64,000 nt of DNA, taken from positions 171,990,001 through 172,054,000 of the forward strand of contig NC_086097.1 in the NCBI RefSeq assembly GCF_963921235.1, written 5' to 3'. The notes below the pieces were generated by a model. That model saw nothing but the letters and a program-made list of their open reading frames with translations, did no database searches and had not been told where the DNA came from. Below, in pieces: positions 37,601 through 50,708 of the stretch (within the stretch, counting starts at the first letter, position 1; each line of letters starts with the position of its first letter). Origin of the DNA: Mobula hypostoma (Eukaryota). The translations under genes and the position numbers were made by a program.

Positions 37601-39687
37601 TACAGCTGCACTACCCCAATGCCTAACCTATCCAATCCATTCTGCTACACAGCATCTATACCTCTCCATTATCTGCACATTTTATTTGCCTCCACTACTG
37701 CTCCTTTGAAGTTAGCCGCTCTGAACTTAAATGCATGCCCTCTAGCATTAAATATTTGGGAAAATCATACTGGCTGTATCCATGCCTCTCATAATCTTAT
37801 AAACTTCTATCAGCCTCCATCATTGTGAATTTGATGCACTTCCCTTTTGTAGTATTTGAAGTAAGATCTAAATATGTTTGAACTCCACAATAATTCAATA
37901 CAACGAAAGTCACTTCTAGCTTTCACCCCCCTCTGTGTCTCGCAATGGTTTATTCTGACACTACAGACCTCTCTCTATCAGGCGAGTTAATTCCCCGAAG
38001 CTCAGTGTCAACAGCAGCACCCTGCCTTAACAAGTGGCTGTGGAAATTCAGAGAAATAATTGTAGCAGTGATGGGCTATATAAATATTAGAAGAAGCAGA
38101 ATGGGACGAATGCCCTTCTATGTTCCTACTTATGGCTCAGGCAGACTGATCTTCTCATTAACTATTGATGATTGGGTCATTGTATAAGGCTGTTGAAGCC
38201 CAGGGCCTTGGGGGTGCCATCATTGATCACTGCCTCTTGCCCAGTACCAGTTCTAACACAAGATAGCCAAATGGATCACAGTCAGCAGGCTCCACATTAA
38301 CCCATCCCAGTCCTAGACTTTCAGCTCTGACGTTCCCTGCTGAGGCTCACAGTATGCTCAAAGTGGCTGTGCAAATACAACTTGCTGGATCATGCTCATT
38401 TCTAACTAATAATTGCATGGAACACTTGGGGCCATCTCCTTCACTTGAATTGCTTCATTTTGATACTTTTAATGAAGTAGTGCCCCACTTAACGGTGTGA
38501 TTAATAGGAATTTCTTACTGAGGGCAAAAAAAAAAGTTATTACTAAATTCAGATCACGGCAGTGGGGGGAAACAGAGGGCATGGGATGAACTGAAATAAT
38601 ATCCCAAGTTCAATGGGTTAAGTGACCTTCCAGAGAGTCTCTTTCCCCTCTCCCCGCCCCCCCACCTTTTTATTCAAACATCTCCCCCTTCCTTTCCAGA
38701 CTTGAAGAAGGGTCTCAGCACAAAACATCGACTGTTTACTCTTTTGCATAGATGCTGCCTGACCTGCTGAGTTCCTCCAGCATTTTGTGCATGTTGCTCA
38801 GCTTAGTTTGTTTCTGTGAGTAGCTAAGAGTAGATTCAATCCTCCAACCACCTGCTAATTAATATAAGAAACTGATAATTCAACCTGCCTTACAATTCCA
38901 CATGGGCTCCCCCTTTTGATCTTCTCGTTCAGCTTAGAGCTGCAACAAGTCCTCTGATTATTAATGTGCTGATGAATTGCTCTCGAGGAGGGAGGTGTAC
39001 AATTGAAAATCCTTCCAGATATCCACCAATGAATTTTCCAAGTGCTCCACCTTAAATTCTCAGTTTACCTGTTTATGTTCTCTGCGTGTGCGTTAATCAG
39101 TTTTTGGTCTAGCACAGCAACTGCAATTTCCAATGGCAAAACATACTGAGTTAATTCAATTGAATTACAATCGACCAGGCATTAATTATAAGTTACACAG
39201 AAAGTATTAGAGGTAGATGATCAAAAGGTTAGTCAAGGAGCAGTGCTTTAAGGAGTTTCTTAAAAGAGGCAAGAGAGGCAAAATGTTGGAGAGGTTAGGG
39301 GAGAGAATTTTAGAGCTGAATGTTGAAGGCACATTAGCCCATACAGGCTAATGAAATGTCATAGGGAGAAATAGCATGGAAACAGATCCTTCAGCCCATC
39401 AAATCTATGCTATCAATCAATCATTTCAAACAATAATATTAATCATATTTTTGAATTTCTCCACATTTCCATCAACTCCTCCCAGCTTCTAAATATTGCT
39501 AATGTGCCCATCTCAACTAGCATTGCTTACAATTCATTCTAAATACACACCACCTTTTGTGTGAAGGAGCGGCCCTGATATGCTTTTAAATCTCTTGCCT
39601 CTGATCTAAAAGTATACCCTTTTGTTTCCTCCTTAGGGAAAAAATCTTTCACTCTGTCTATGAGTCTCATAATCTTTTATACCTAAG

Positions 39688-39862
39688 ACAGAGAGAGGGA
39701 GGGAGGGTGGGCAGGTGGGGGGGGGAGAGGAAAGGGAGGGACAGAGGGAGGGGGAGAGAGAGGGGGGAATGGGGGAGAGAGAGAGAGAAAGGGAGTGGGG
39801 GAAGAGGGAGGGGGAGAGAGAGAGAGGGAGAGAGAGAGAGAGGGAGAAAGAGAGAGAAAGAC
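39688..39862. repeat. Polypurine (GA/GGGA)n tract
   Basis: About 170 bp almost entirely G and A. Confidence 0.95.
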
Positions 39863-40904
39863 AGTGTCTATGAGAATCTATTGCCTTGGCAATGAACTTA
39901 CAATTAACTTGCAGCAGATTAATTAGAAAATACTGTTCTTCATCAGATGTGTCCTGCTGGGTTGTGGTGAAAGGTCATGTGAATCCAATCCCCAGGGAGT
40001 AATATTCCTCTATATTTTCTCTCTGTTACTTCACTTGGATGCAGCACAGAGGAGACCAGGCAGTTTCTTCATTAATGGCATTAACCACAAGACATTAAAT
40101 ATTACTGCAGGAGTCCCCTTTCTTGAAGGAAATTATAATAAGCAATGACTCAAATCAGTAAAGGCTCATAGAGCACTCCATAAAATATGAGTCAATGCCC
40201 ATAACATCACAGTAAATGGCTAGTCATTAACTGCCTTGAATGTCTTTAAGTTGCTGATGCTCTTGGCCTTTCTCCCCTTGGTTCTTGTCTCACTGCCACT
40301 TCTGTTTTATTAATTCAGTATCAAACATGAGTTTATTGTCATGTGCACAGTACGTGTATCCATAGGTGCAATTAAAAGCTCATTTGCAGCAACATCACAG
40401 GCACAAAGCATTAGTTACAAGAAAAAATATAAATTATACAAATTTTTGCCAAGGAAGCACAATTTGAACAAAAAACAAGTCCACTGCAACACAAGGTGGT
40501 CATAGTGTTTTTATTACTGAAGTAATGATTAGGATTACCTAATTGCTGAAGAGAAGATGTTCTCAAACCCGGCAGTGTGGGACTTCAGGCTTCTGTACCT
40601 TCTGCCTCTCCTCTGTCAGACTAGAAGTGGCACAAGCAGTGACCTTTATCCTAGCTCTCTGCCTTCTCAGTTATCTGTGACTTCTCTTTCCACTCCCATC
40701 ACTCCATGCATTTTTGGAAGCCAAAAAGGGGTAGGACGTCTACAGAACATAGAGACCATATTACATTAAAGTAGTACAAGAAAAACAATATCAGAATGAA
40801 ACTTGAAGTGTTACAGTTACTGAGAAAGTGGAGTGCAGGCAGTCAATGAGGTAGAAGGTCACAATATGGTAGATTGTGAGGTGAAGAGTTCATCACCATG
40901 GGAT

Positions 40905-41232
40905 GCTCCCATGGTGGGGGAGTCTATGACAAGAGGGCACAGCCTCAGGATAGAGGGGCATCCATTTAAAACAGAGATGCGGAGAAATTTCTTTAGCCAG
41001 AGGGTGGTGAATTTGTGGAATTTGTTACCACAGGAAGCTGTGGAGGCCAGGTCCTTCAGTGTATTTAAGGCAGAGATTGATAGGTTCTTGATTGGACACG
41101 ACATCGAAGGTTATGGGAAGAAGGTTGGGGAGTGGGGCTGACGAAGGGAAAATAAAGGATCTGCCATGATGAATAGTGGATCAGAATCAATGGGCTAAAT
41201 GGCGTAATTCTGGTCCTTTGTCTTATGGTCTA
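40905..41232 (+). mobile_element. CR1 3' end
   Basis: TRGHSLRIEG..RRNFFSQRVVNLWN; TCTTATGGTC tail. Confidence 0.9.
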
Positions 41233-43249
41233 AGGAGATGGTTTAATAGTCTTACATTGAAGTATACTGAGTGTGGAAGGAAGCCAGTGTGTGTTCATTA
41301 TTGAAGGATGGTGCAGAGCACACCAGGACGCCAGCATGCAGGATATTGAAACAAGCATTATTGATAACCCTGGCTGTACAGAATTTAAGCTTCTCCCATG
41401 TGAGAGTAGGTAACTGAGTAGCCTAGGAATAACACTATTAACCACCAGTACAACCCGAGCACCCAAAAAAAATCCATGCGGTCACAGGGAGAACATGCAA
41501 ACCCCATACAGACTCATCAGGTTGGGAAGTATCTGTGGAGCCTTAAACAAAGTAAATATTTCGGCTTGATAGCCTTACATCAACCTGAAAAGTTAACTCT
41601 GTGGTTTTAATACTAAGTTTTTTTTTTACCGGTTGAATTGAAAGGTCTTAGACCCAAAATAATGACTCTGTGTTTCTGTCTATAGATGCTGCCTGACCAG
41701 CTGAGTATTTCTGATGTTTACTGTTTTGATTTCAGATTTTCAGCTTTTGCTTTTTTTAACTTTTCATCAGATCTATTTGTGACTACTCTTCCAAACTACA
41801 CCAGGCACTTAGTGATCCTTTGAGGCAGTGAAAGGAGCTATACAAATGTAGAACTCAACAAATGAATTCACACAACATAGACAACTCACCAAAGGACTTG
41901 GGGCAAGAGTGCATGAGGGAGGCAGGGAAATAGAAAGGTGCATTAAAGGGTCAATGGAAACTCAAGAGGATAACTAACTCCAGTACAAATAAATTAATCC
42001 AAGTTTGAAAGAGGCCTCCTATGTATTTGGTTACATTAACCTCTTATGACGACTTTCAGTGGGTTTTATTAGCTGAATGCTGAAACAGAAATTTCTTGTC
42101 TCCTTTGCTGGAAATAAATAAGTACATGTAGAAAAATTGGCAACCATCACCCTTAATTCAGCAGGTCCCCAAGGAATCTTACCAAATCTTACAAATGCAC
42201 TATAGAAAGCATACTGTCTAGATACATCACAGACTGGAATGGAATCTGCTCTGCCTGAGACTGTAAGAAATTGCAGAGAGTTGTGAATGCAGCCCAGTCC
42301 AACCGTCAAACTAGCCACCCCCAAATGACTCTTTTTGCACTTTCTACTCTAACAGGAAAACAGTCAACATAATCACTGATCCCTCCCACTGCAACCAACC
42401 CTCTCCCCACCCCTACCCCCATCATTCTCTCTTCTCTCCCCTCCCTTTGGGAAGAAGAAACAAGTGCTTGAAAGGACATACTATCAAGCTCAAGGGTGGC
42501 TTCTATTCTGATGTTATCAAGTTCATGAACAGACTGCCTGACCACGAATGATGAATTCTTGATCTCCCAATCTACCTCATTGTGGCTCTTGCACTATATT
42601 TATTAACCTGCACTGCACTTTTTCTGTATATGCAACACTAGATTTTATGGTCTCCTTTCTTTTTACTTCCTCAATGTACTTATAATCTGCCTGGATGATA
42701 CTCAGATAAAGTTTTTCACTCTATCTTGACAATAATAAACTGATATCAATAATAAACCAATATCAAACAGCTCCACATCAGAATTGAAACTAGCAAAGTG
42801 TTATCTGGGACAAATGGGATAAAGGAACACAAACCCCGTAGAGTTATTTAATTAAAATCTCCAATTGCTAAAATATTATTCTTGCACTGTTGGTTCAGCA
42901 GTGCCCTTGTGACACTTGCACTATATTCCTCCTATTATCTGCAAAATGTGTCAGTCATTTATCTCACTTTACTCTTTTCTCTCGAAGAGGAAGTAAACTT
43001 TGCATTAAAACCAATGGTGAAAAGGGGAAAAGATCTATGAATTTGGAACCTTATAAGTCTGACAGCAGCCAGCATCAGACTCCTATAAATTTCTATTGAT
43101 GTATTTTAGCACTTCTGCATGAGTAATCATTGTTTTTTTTTCTCTAAATTGCACTGAAAAGCCATAGATTTAGAATCATGCATTTAACGAATACATATAT
43201 TTGCAAGTTAGATCAAATTGATTCCTTGCCCATTTGTCAGTAGCTCCTC

Positions 43250-43430
43250 TGGGCAGCCACTCCTGCCTGAGTGAATTGGAAGATCATACTTTCAAACAGC
43301 ACCATGGAGATTCTTAGCGCAGGAATCCAGACTGACATTCTTATTGGATGTGCTACCTTTCAGATAAAATGTTAAATGAAAGTCCTGCCAGCATTCCCCC
43401 ATGGGATGTAAAAGGTGTGATGCTACACAG
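43250..43430 (+). mobile_element. Old DeuSINE (SacSINE1/AmnSINE1-like) remnant
   Basis: TTGGATGTGCTACCTTTCAGATAAAATGTTAAATGAAAGTCCTG..GGATGTAAAAG resembles the Deu domain as recalled. Confidence 0.5.
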
Positions 43431-45276
43431 AGTGTCTATTTAATTAGTCTGGTATGTTACTAATAAATAATTGCTGTATGCCTTCAGGAGACTGGAGACT
43501 TCATTCTTTCAGCTGAATTATTATAAACTTCACCTTGCGAGGATATATTTCTCATGCAGTTCCCATTTTTCAATTGCTTATTATGATAATTTATGGTACT
43601 AATATTTGGGTTTTACTTTTCTTCAACTATTGGAACAAGCTAAAAATTTACAAATACTACCAGTGCAGATAAAGAATAATTAAGTAAAATTGCTATCCTC
43701 TTTTTGAAGGAAAATAAGTTCATTCACATACTGTGGATATCAGCTGCATTCATAGAGCCATACAGTATGCAACCAGGCCCTTCAGCCCAACTTATCCAGG
43801 CCAACAGTGTTGTCAGGTAAGCTTGTCCCATTTGGCCACATGTAATCCTCAGAACCTCTTCCATCCATGTACAGATCTAGATGGCTTATACATGTCGCTC
43901 ATGTCATTAACACTGGAAATGCAGTGACAACCAACAGTCACAGTTTTTGGTGAACAAGTTTTTAAAAAATATACGGACACTGGATTTTCACTCTAAAACT
44001 TGAACTCTGTTTCTTCTCCACAGATGCTGCCTGAGCTGTTGAGTGTTTCCAGAGTTTTGTGTGTGTATTATAGGCATTAATGGTCAGAGAATCAGTAATT
44101 AGTGTATCAACAGAAAAGCAATTGTTTGCATGCTGGACAGACAGATCATTTCAGACATGAATACATCAAGGAAATGCAAAAAGAAAAAAAATATGAATGT
44201 ATAATATAATGTTTACAGATTAGAGTGAAAGTAAGCACTGGTAGACAAATGCACTGCAAGGGCCAAGACAAGGTAGACTAAGAGGTCAAGAGTTCTTCTT
44301 AATCGCATAAGAGATCAGTTCTAGAGTCCAGTAGCAGCAGGATAACTGCCCGTGAACTCATGTTCTCAAGCTTTTGTAAGCCTGATGGGAGGGGAGAGAA
44401 GTGAGAATTCATGTTAATTAAGTTGCCCGCTTTTCCAAGGCAGAGGAACTGTAGACAGAATAAGTAGAGGGGAAATGGGTTTGTTTGATGGACTGGGCTG
44501 CGTACACAACTCACTGCAATTTTCTTGTGGTCTCTGGCAGAGCAATTGCCATCCCAAGCTGTGATGTATTCAGATAGGATGCTTTCTATGGTTTCTATGC
44601 TTTGAGGAAGTGAATAAGTATTTTGCGTCAGTCTTCACTGTGGAAGACACCAGTAGCATGCAAGAAAAGCAAAAGTGTCAGGGGGCAGAAGTGGGTTTAA
44701 CTGCTATTACTAAAGAGAAGGTGCTTGGGAAACTTAAAAGTCTAGAGGTAGATAAGTCACTTAGATCCAGTGAACTACACCCCAGAGTTCTGAAAGGGGT
44801 AGCTAAAGTGATGGTGGTCGCATTAGCAATGATCTTTCAAGAATCACCAGATTCTTGAATGGTTCCAGAAGACGGGAAAATTGCAAATGTCACTGCATTC
44901 TTTAAGAAGTGAGGGAAGAAAAAGCAGGAAATTATAGGCTTGATAGCCTGACTTCAGTGGTTGGCAAGATGCTGGAGTCCATTATTAAGGATGAGGTTTT
45001 GAGGCACTTGGAAGCATGCACAAACTAATCTGAAGTCAGCGTGTTTTCCTTAAGAAGAAATCTTGCCTGACAAACCTGTTGAAATTCTTTGAGGAAATAA
45101 TAGGCAAGAGAGTTAGTGGATGTTGTTTACTTGGATTCTCAGAAGGACTTTGACAAGATGCCACAGATGAAGCTGCCATGTATTACAGGAAAGATACCAG
45201 CAGGGATAGAAGATTGGCTGACTGGCAAAAGGCAAAAAATGTGAATAAAGGTATTTTTTCTAGTTGGTTGCCATTT

Positions 45277-45512
45277 GTGTTGGGCACGTGGCCAAGTGGT
45301 TAAGGCATTCATCTAGTGATCTGAAGGTCGCTAGTTCGAGCCTCAGCTGTGGCAGCGTGTTTGTGTCCTTGAGCAAGGCACTTAACCACACATTGCTCTA
45401 GTGTCTGTGCGAGGAGTGGCGACCCACACAGACTTCCAATCTGTGTCTTGTAAGGCATGAAAATGCCCGACGCAGGCCTCTCATGGTCTGAATCGATGTT
45501 CCCTCCCCTCCC
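45277..45512 (+). mobile_element. Young tRNA-derived SINE with CORE-like domain
   Basis: A box TGGCCAAGTGG, B box GTTCGAGCC, GTGTCCTTGAGCAAGGCACTTAACC; 8 bp TSD TGCCATTT (45269-45276, 45513-45520). Confidence 0.85.
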
Positions 45513-45727
45513 TGCCATTTATTAGTGGTTGCAGGTGGCACTGATGGGTCCACTACCTTTTACATTATATGTTAATTATCTCGATGATGGAATTGATGGC
45601 TTTGTAGTCAGATTTGGAGATAATACCAAGATTTGTGGTGGAGCAGGTATTGATGGGGATACAGGAGTCTGCTGAAGGACTTAGATAGATTAAGAGAATG
45701 GGCAAAGAAGTGGAAGATGGAAAATAG

Positions 45728-46368
45728 TGTAGGGTTCTCAGTAATATTAGCAGGACTGTTATCTGTTAATTGCCTATTACAGAATGGCTTCTCTGAAGTG
45801 TTAAACTAAAATGGTCGGTCATACTGTTAACTGCTGATTAAGGAGTTCTTCGTGGTGGTATGTTTGGGTTATAGTTAGTGATAATGGAAATTGTTATTCG
45901 TTTGCTAGCCAATGGAAGTCATGTTATGCTATCTTGTATGTCTGTGCTGAGCTGAGGATTGGGGGCTTTTCGGGAGGCGAGCAGAGAGGATGGACGTGCA
46001 GGGAACGGACAGCGATTCCAGGGCGGCAGATACCAGGCCTCGGGGATTCGGATGGTGGCCGGAATCTCGGAAGGATGTTGTGGATGGAATTGGAGGCGTG
46101 AGCTCCAACATATTAAAATATTACGTGCACAAGACTGATAAGTTACTTATGTGGCACCTTTTCTTTTAGTTGTTGCTACTAACCCAGCACCAAAAATTGC
46201 TATAAAGTATAATTCTTTACTCGCCCTTGGTATATTGTTTGATATTTGTGTCATGGCTGATCCTTGGGTGCCTCACACCATATCCGCACCAAAGCATTTG
46301 CACTGTTTGTTGGGGTCAACGGCTATTCACCCTAGGCAACGGGAGTCAGTTGGGGCAAAGGTGTTACA
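45728..46368. mobile_element. Solo LTR, 641 bp, unrelated to the other LTRs here
   Basis: TGTA...TACA ends; 4 bp TSD ATAG (45724-45727, 46369-46372); removal restores the CR1 sequence. Confidence 0.85.
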
Positions 46369-47384
46369 ATAGTGTTAAGAAGTGCATGGTCATGCACTAT
46401 GGTAGAAGGAATATAGCTTTCGACTATTTTCTAAATGGGAAGCAAATTCAGAAGTCAGTGCAAAGAGACTTGAGAGTTCTAGTGACGAATTACCTGAAGA
46501 TGAACTTGCAGATGGAGTCAGTAATAAAGAAAGCAAATACTATGTCAGCATTCATTTCCAGACGACTAGAATATAAAAAAAAAGCACATAACCTGGAGCC
46601 TCAATAAAACATTAGCCAGATCACATTTGAAGTATTGCGAGCAGTTTTAGGGCCCATATCCAAGAAAGGATGTAATGGCATTGGAGAAGGTTCAAAAGAG
46701 GTTCACGAGAATAGTCCTGAAAATAAATGAGTTAATGTAAGAGGGCCTGTACTTGCTGGAGTTTAGAAGAAAGAAGGGGGATTTCATTGAAACCTACCGA
46801 ATAATGAAAGGCCTAGAGAGAGTAAGTGCGGAGAGGATATGTTGAATGGGGGGAGAGACTGCAACCAGAAGTTGCAGCCTCAGAATAGAAAGATCTTCCT
46901 TTTGAACAGAGATGAGGGGGAACTTCTTTAGCCAGAGGGTGGCGAATCTGGGCAATTCATTGCCACAGATGTGTGTGGAGACTGAGTCATCCGGTATATT
47001 TAAAGTGGAGGTTGACAGGTTCTTGATTAGTAAGGGTGCCAGATTTTGCCGGGAGAAGGCATGAGAATGGGGTTTAGAGGGAAAATGAATCACCCTTGAT
47101 CAAATAGTCGAACAGGCTCAATGGGCCAAATGGCCTGTTTATGCTCCTATGTTTTACAGGCCTAATCTTATGACTTTTGATTCATCTGTAAAAATTGGTG
47201 GGAATCACTGGGGATACGCTGAATTTCATTAACCTTCTGAGGAAGTAGGGGTGCCGGCGTGCTTTCTTGGCCATAGTGTCCACAAGCCTGGACCAGTACA
47301 AAGACAAACCCAAGGACGAAACTCAAACTTCTCCCCCTATATTGCTTAGTGAGCTGGATGGCTTTTGTACCAATTTAGTGGTTT

Positions 47385-47646
47385 TGTGGCGACCCACTTT
47401 CTAGCGCACGCCGGCAGGGAGGCCGGCCCCAAATAGGGCGCCAGGCCATCTTCACCAGCAGGGGGAAAATCCCACGCACGGAAAGGGTCTGCGAATATGC
47501 TTTCCCCACAGCAGTCCCGCCTGGGGAGGGCGGGAACGGGAAGGCTTTAAAGGAGGCCGCGAAGTTTGAATAAATCTCTTTCATCGCAACTCCAACTCAC
47601 CGACTCCGTGTGGTTATTCTAGCGCTGCGTGTAGCACACCACTACA
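47385..47646 (+). mobile_element. Solo LTR of the 17050 Gypsy family
   Basis: Homologous to 17050-17336; TG...CA; 4 bp TSD GTTT (47381-47384, 47647-47650). Confidence 0.97.
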
Positions 47647-48490
47647 GTTTCATAATTATAATTATTATTGTTATATTTTAAATTCCAGATCTATTTAATT
47701 ATTCATTTTCAAATTCTCCAGCCACAATAGTGAAAGGAAAAATCCTGGAAATACTCAGCAGATCAGGCAGCAACAATTTAGAGAGAAACACTTACTGTTT
47801 GCAGTCTTCAACTCATGTTGACCATTTCCGATAGCCCCATTCACTTACAAACATGTTTGACCCATATCCCACCTCGAAACTGTGTCCTGTCAATGTCTTG
47901 TACAATTGCTACACCTGTGGTCATGCAGTTCCAGAGAACAGGAAGCTTATGGTTTTATGGGAAGGTTGCCCAAGCTGACTTTAAGCTAGTTGAAGATCCA
48001 CATCCACAAATCTAGCTGGGCCTGGCCTTCAGTCTGAGCTGGAGACCTTTTCAGTCTGCAGGTTACCATTCCTGTGCATAAGCAGCCATTGTCTGTATTC
48101 AGCTCTCCACAACCAGTGCTGTTAGTATCAGTAAAAGTGAGCACTCACAAGAGGCAGCAATATTCTCATGCTATTGCTGCATTTTTATCTGGAAGATTCT
48201 TATTCGGAGAGGTTGTTGTCCAGAATAGATTCTGTTTGCTCTCAAATTTGTATGTGTGTGTTATAAAATTACCTATTGAGTTGTATGGTTTCTTGTACTT
48301 ACACCTCATTGGCTCACACAGTGTGGTTAATAATCCTTCTTGCCTTTCTCGCTGATTGGTTGACTGCTAATTAATTTTTTAACATAAGCATACAAATTGC
48401 ATTTGATGTTTCTGTTGTCAGCTGAAAAGCTCTTCAAGTTCCAAATGTTTATTCTGGGGTCTGATGAATGATTTCCTTTGTGATTTGCAG

Positions 48491-48584
48491 AGATCATCCA
48501 GGAATCACACACTCCAACATGATTATGCATGCAGTGAAGTTAGAGAAAAGATTATTTTAAATCCCACTAATCCTGTTGCAAGCA
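48491..48584 (+). other. Candidate 94 nt exon
   Basis: Acceptor tttcctttgtgatttgcAG, donor GCA|GTAAGT; only the phase 0 frame is open (RSSRNHTLQHDYACSEVREKIILNPTNPVAS); lies in unique sequence. Confidence 0.3.
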
Positions 48585-49065
48585 GTAAGTGCTCAGTGGA
48601 GAAACATATTGAGAAAGCGAAATTCGCATTTGTGTTGTTTCAGAGTACCAGAGCAAGATAATACTAACTGCTTAAATTCTCCTGACATGGATGAGTCTAA
48701 AGTAGGTTTTAAGTTGGCAATCAACAACTTACAGACTGCATAGAATCTTGCTGCATTTAGACGGAACAAACCAGGCATAGGTGTACCACCACCTGGAGTA
48801 TTCTGTACAGCTTTGGTCACCCTGCTATAGGAAAAACATCATTAAGCTAAAAAGGGCACAAGGAAGACTTATGAGAAGGTCGCCATGATTCCAGAACTTC
48901 AGTTATAGGGAGAGGTTAATCAAGCTTGGACTTTTTTGTCTGGAGCATAGGAGACTGAGTGGATATCTTATAGTGGAGTATAAGATCATGAAGGGCATAG
49001 ATAGGGTGAATAACAATATTCCTCATTTATAATCATTCTCAGCTCCAATATACTATGCCCATATA

Positions 49066-50708
49066 CAGTGCCTCCCCTCCCCTTAGAAGTTTTCATGTTT
49101 TATTGTTTAGTAATATTGAATCACAGTGGATTTAATTTAGCTTTTTTGACACTGATCAACAGAAAAAGACACTTTTTTGTCAAAGTGAAAACAGATCTCT
49201 ACAAAGTGATCTAAGTTAATTACAAATATAAAACACAAAATAATTGTTTGCATAAGTATTCACCCACTTCAATATGACACACCAAATCATCACTGGTACA
49301 GCCAATTGGTTATAAAAGTCACATAATTAGTTAAATGGAGATCTGTTTTTGGAGACCTGTGTGCAGTCAAAGAGTTTCAACTGATTGTAGAAACATCTTT
49401 ACATGGGAGGTCCAACTGCTGGTGAGTCAGTATCCTAGCAAAAACTACACCATGAAGACAAAAAAAACACGCCAAGCAACTCTGTGAAAAAGTCTTTGAA
49501 AAGCACAAGTTAGGAGATGGATACAAGAAAATTTACAAGTCACTGAATATCCCTTAGAGTACAGTTAAGTCAAATATCAAGAAATGGAAGGAATATGGCA
49601 CAGCTGTAAATCGCCTAGAGCAGGTCATTCTCAAAAGATGAGTGACTGTGCAAGAAAGTGACTTGTAAGGAGGCTACCAAGAGACCCATGACAACTCTGG
49701 AGGAGTTACAAGCTTCAGTGGCTGAGATGGGAGAGACTGTGCATACAACTGTTGCCCGCGGGGTGGGGTGGGGGGGTCACTATTCGCAGCTTTATGGGAG
49801 AGTGGCAAAGAGAAAGCCACTGTTGAATAAAACACACATGAAATCTCAGCTGGAGTTTGCCAGAAAGCATGTGGGAGACTCTGAAGTCAGCTGGAAGAAG
49901 GTTCTATGCTCTGATGTAACCAAAACTGAGCTCTTTGGCCAACAGACCTATTGCTATGTTTGGCGTAAGCCAAACATTGAATCTTTGGACACTACCCCAC
50001 TTTTTTTTTTAAATATACAGTATTTCTGTTTTTGCACTTTTTAAAATCTATTCAATATACATAATTGATTTACTTGTTTTTTATTATTTTTTCTCTCTGC
50101 TAGATTATGTATTACATTGAACTGCTGCTGCTAAGTTAACAAATTTTATGTCACATACCGGTGATAATAAACCTGATTCTGACACTAAACATCAAGAACA
50201 CATCACCTCTACCATGAAGCATGGTGGTGGGTGCATCATGCTGTGGGGAGGCTCCACTACAGCAGGCTCTGGAAGGCTTGTGAATATAGAGAGTGAAATG
50301 AATGCAGCAAAATACAGGGAAATCCTGGAGGAAAACGTGATGCAGTCTGCAAGAGAACTGCAACTTGGGAGAAGATAAGCTTTCCAGCAAGAAAATGACC
50401 CCAAGCATAAAGCCAAAGCTGCACAGGAATGGCTTAAAAGCAACAAAATTAATGTCCTGGAGTGGCCAAATCAGAGGCCAGACAACAATCCAATTGAAAA
50501 TTTGTGGCTGGACTTGAAAAGGGCTGTTCACTCATAATCCCCATGCAGTCTGACAGAGCTTGCGCAGTTTTGTAAAGAAGAATGGGGAAAAATTACAGTG
50601 TCCAGATGTGCAAAGCTGATAGAGATCTATACACACAGACTCAAGGCTGTAATTGCTGCCAAAGGTGCATCTACTGAATACTGACTAAAAGGAGGTGAAC
50701 ACTTATGC
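49066..50708 (+). mobile_element. Tc1-family DNA transposon with transposase pseudogene; right end truncated
   Basis: TA|CAGTG start; TTGCATAAGTATTCACC (~49249) inverted at ~50695; [36 protein letters not shown]-34aa-E (NPIENLW). Confidence 0.93.
49978..50172 (+). mobile_element. LINE 3' tail fragment (Rex/Babar-like) inserted in Tc1
   Basis: Interrupts WRKPN; ends AATAAACCTGATTCTGA; matches 33600-33700 plus 37215-37335. Confidence 0.8.

Larger units (their letters stand above)
44600..47170 (+). mobile_element. CR1 (RT to 3' end) interrupted by a SINE and a solo LTR
   Basis: NKYFASVFTVED, LHPRVLK, RT and 3' remnants colinear across the inserts. Confidence 0.9.

Noticed and set aside
39707..39895. 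Gly/Arg/Glu-rich ORF
   Set aside because: Translation of the GA tract
45283..45350. tRNA gene
   Set aside because: A and B boxes present, but it is a SINE head followed by a CORE-like domain, tail and TSD
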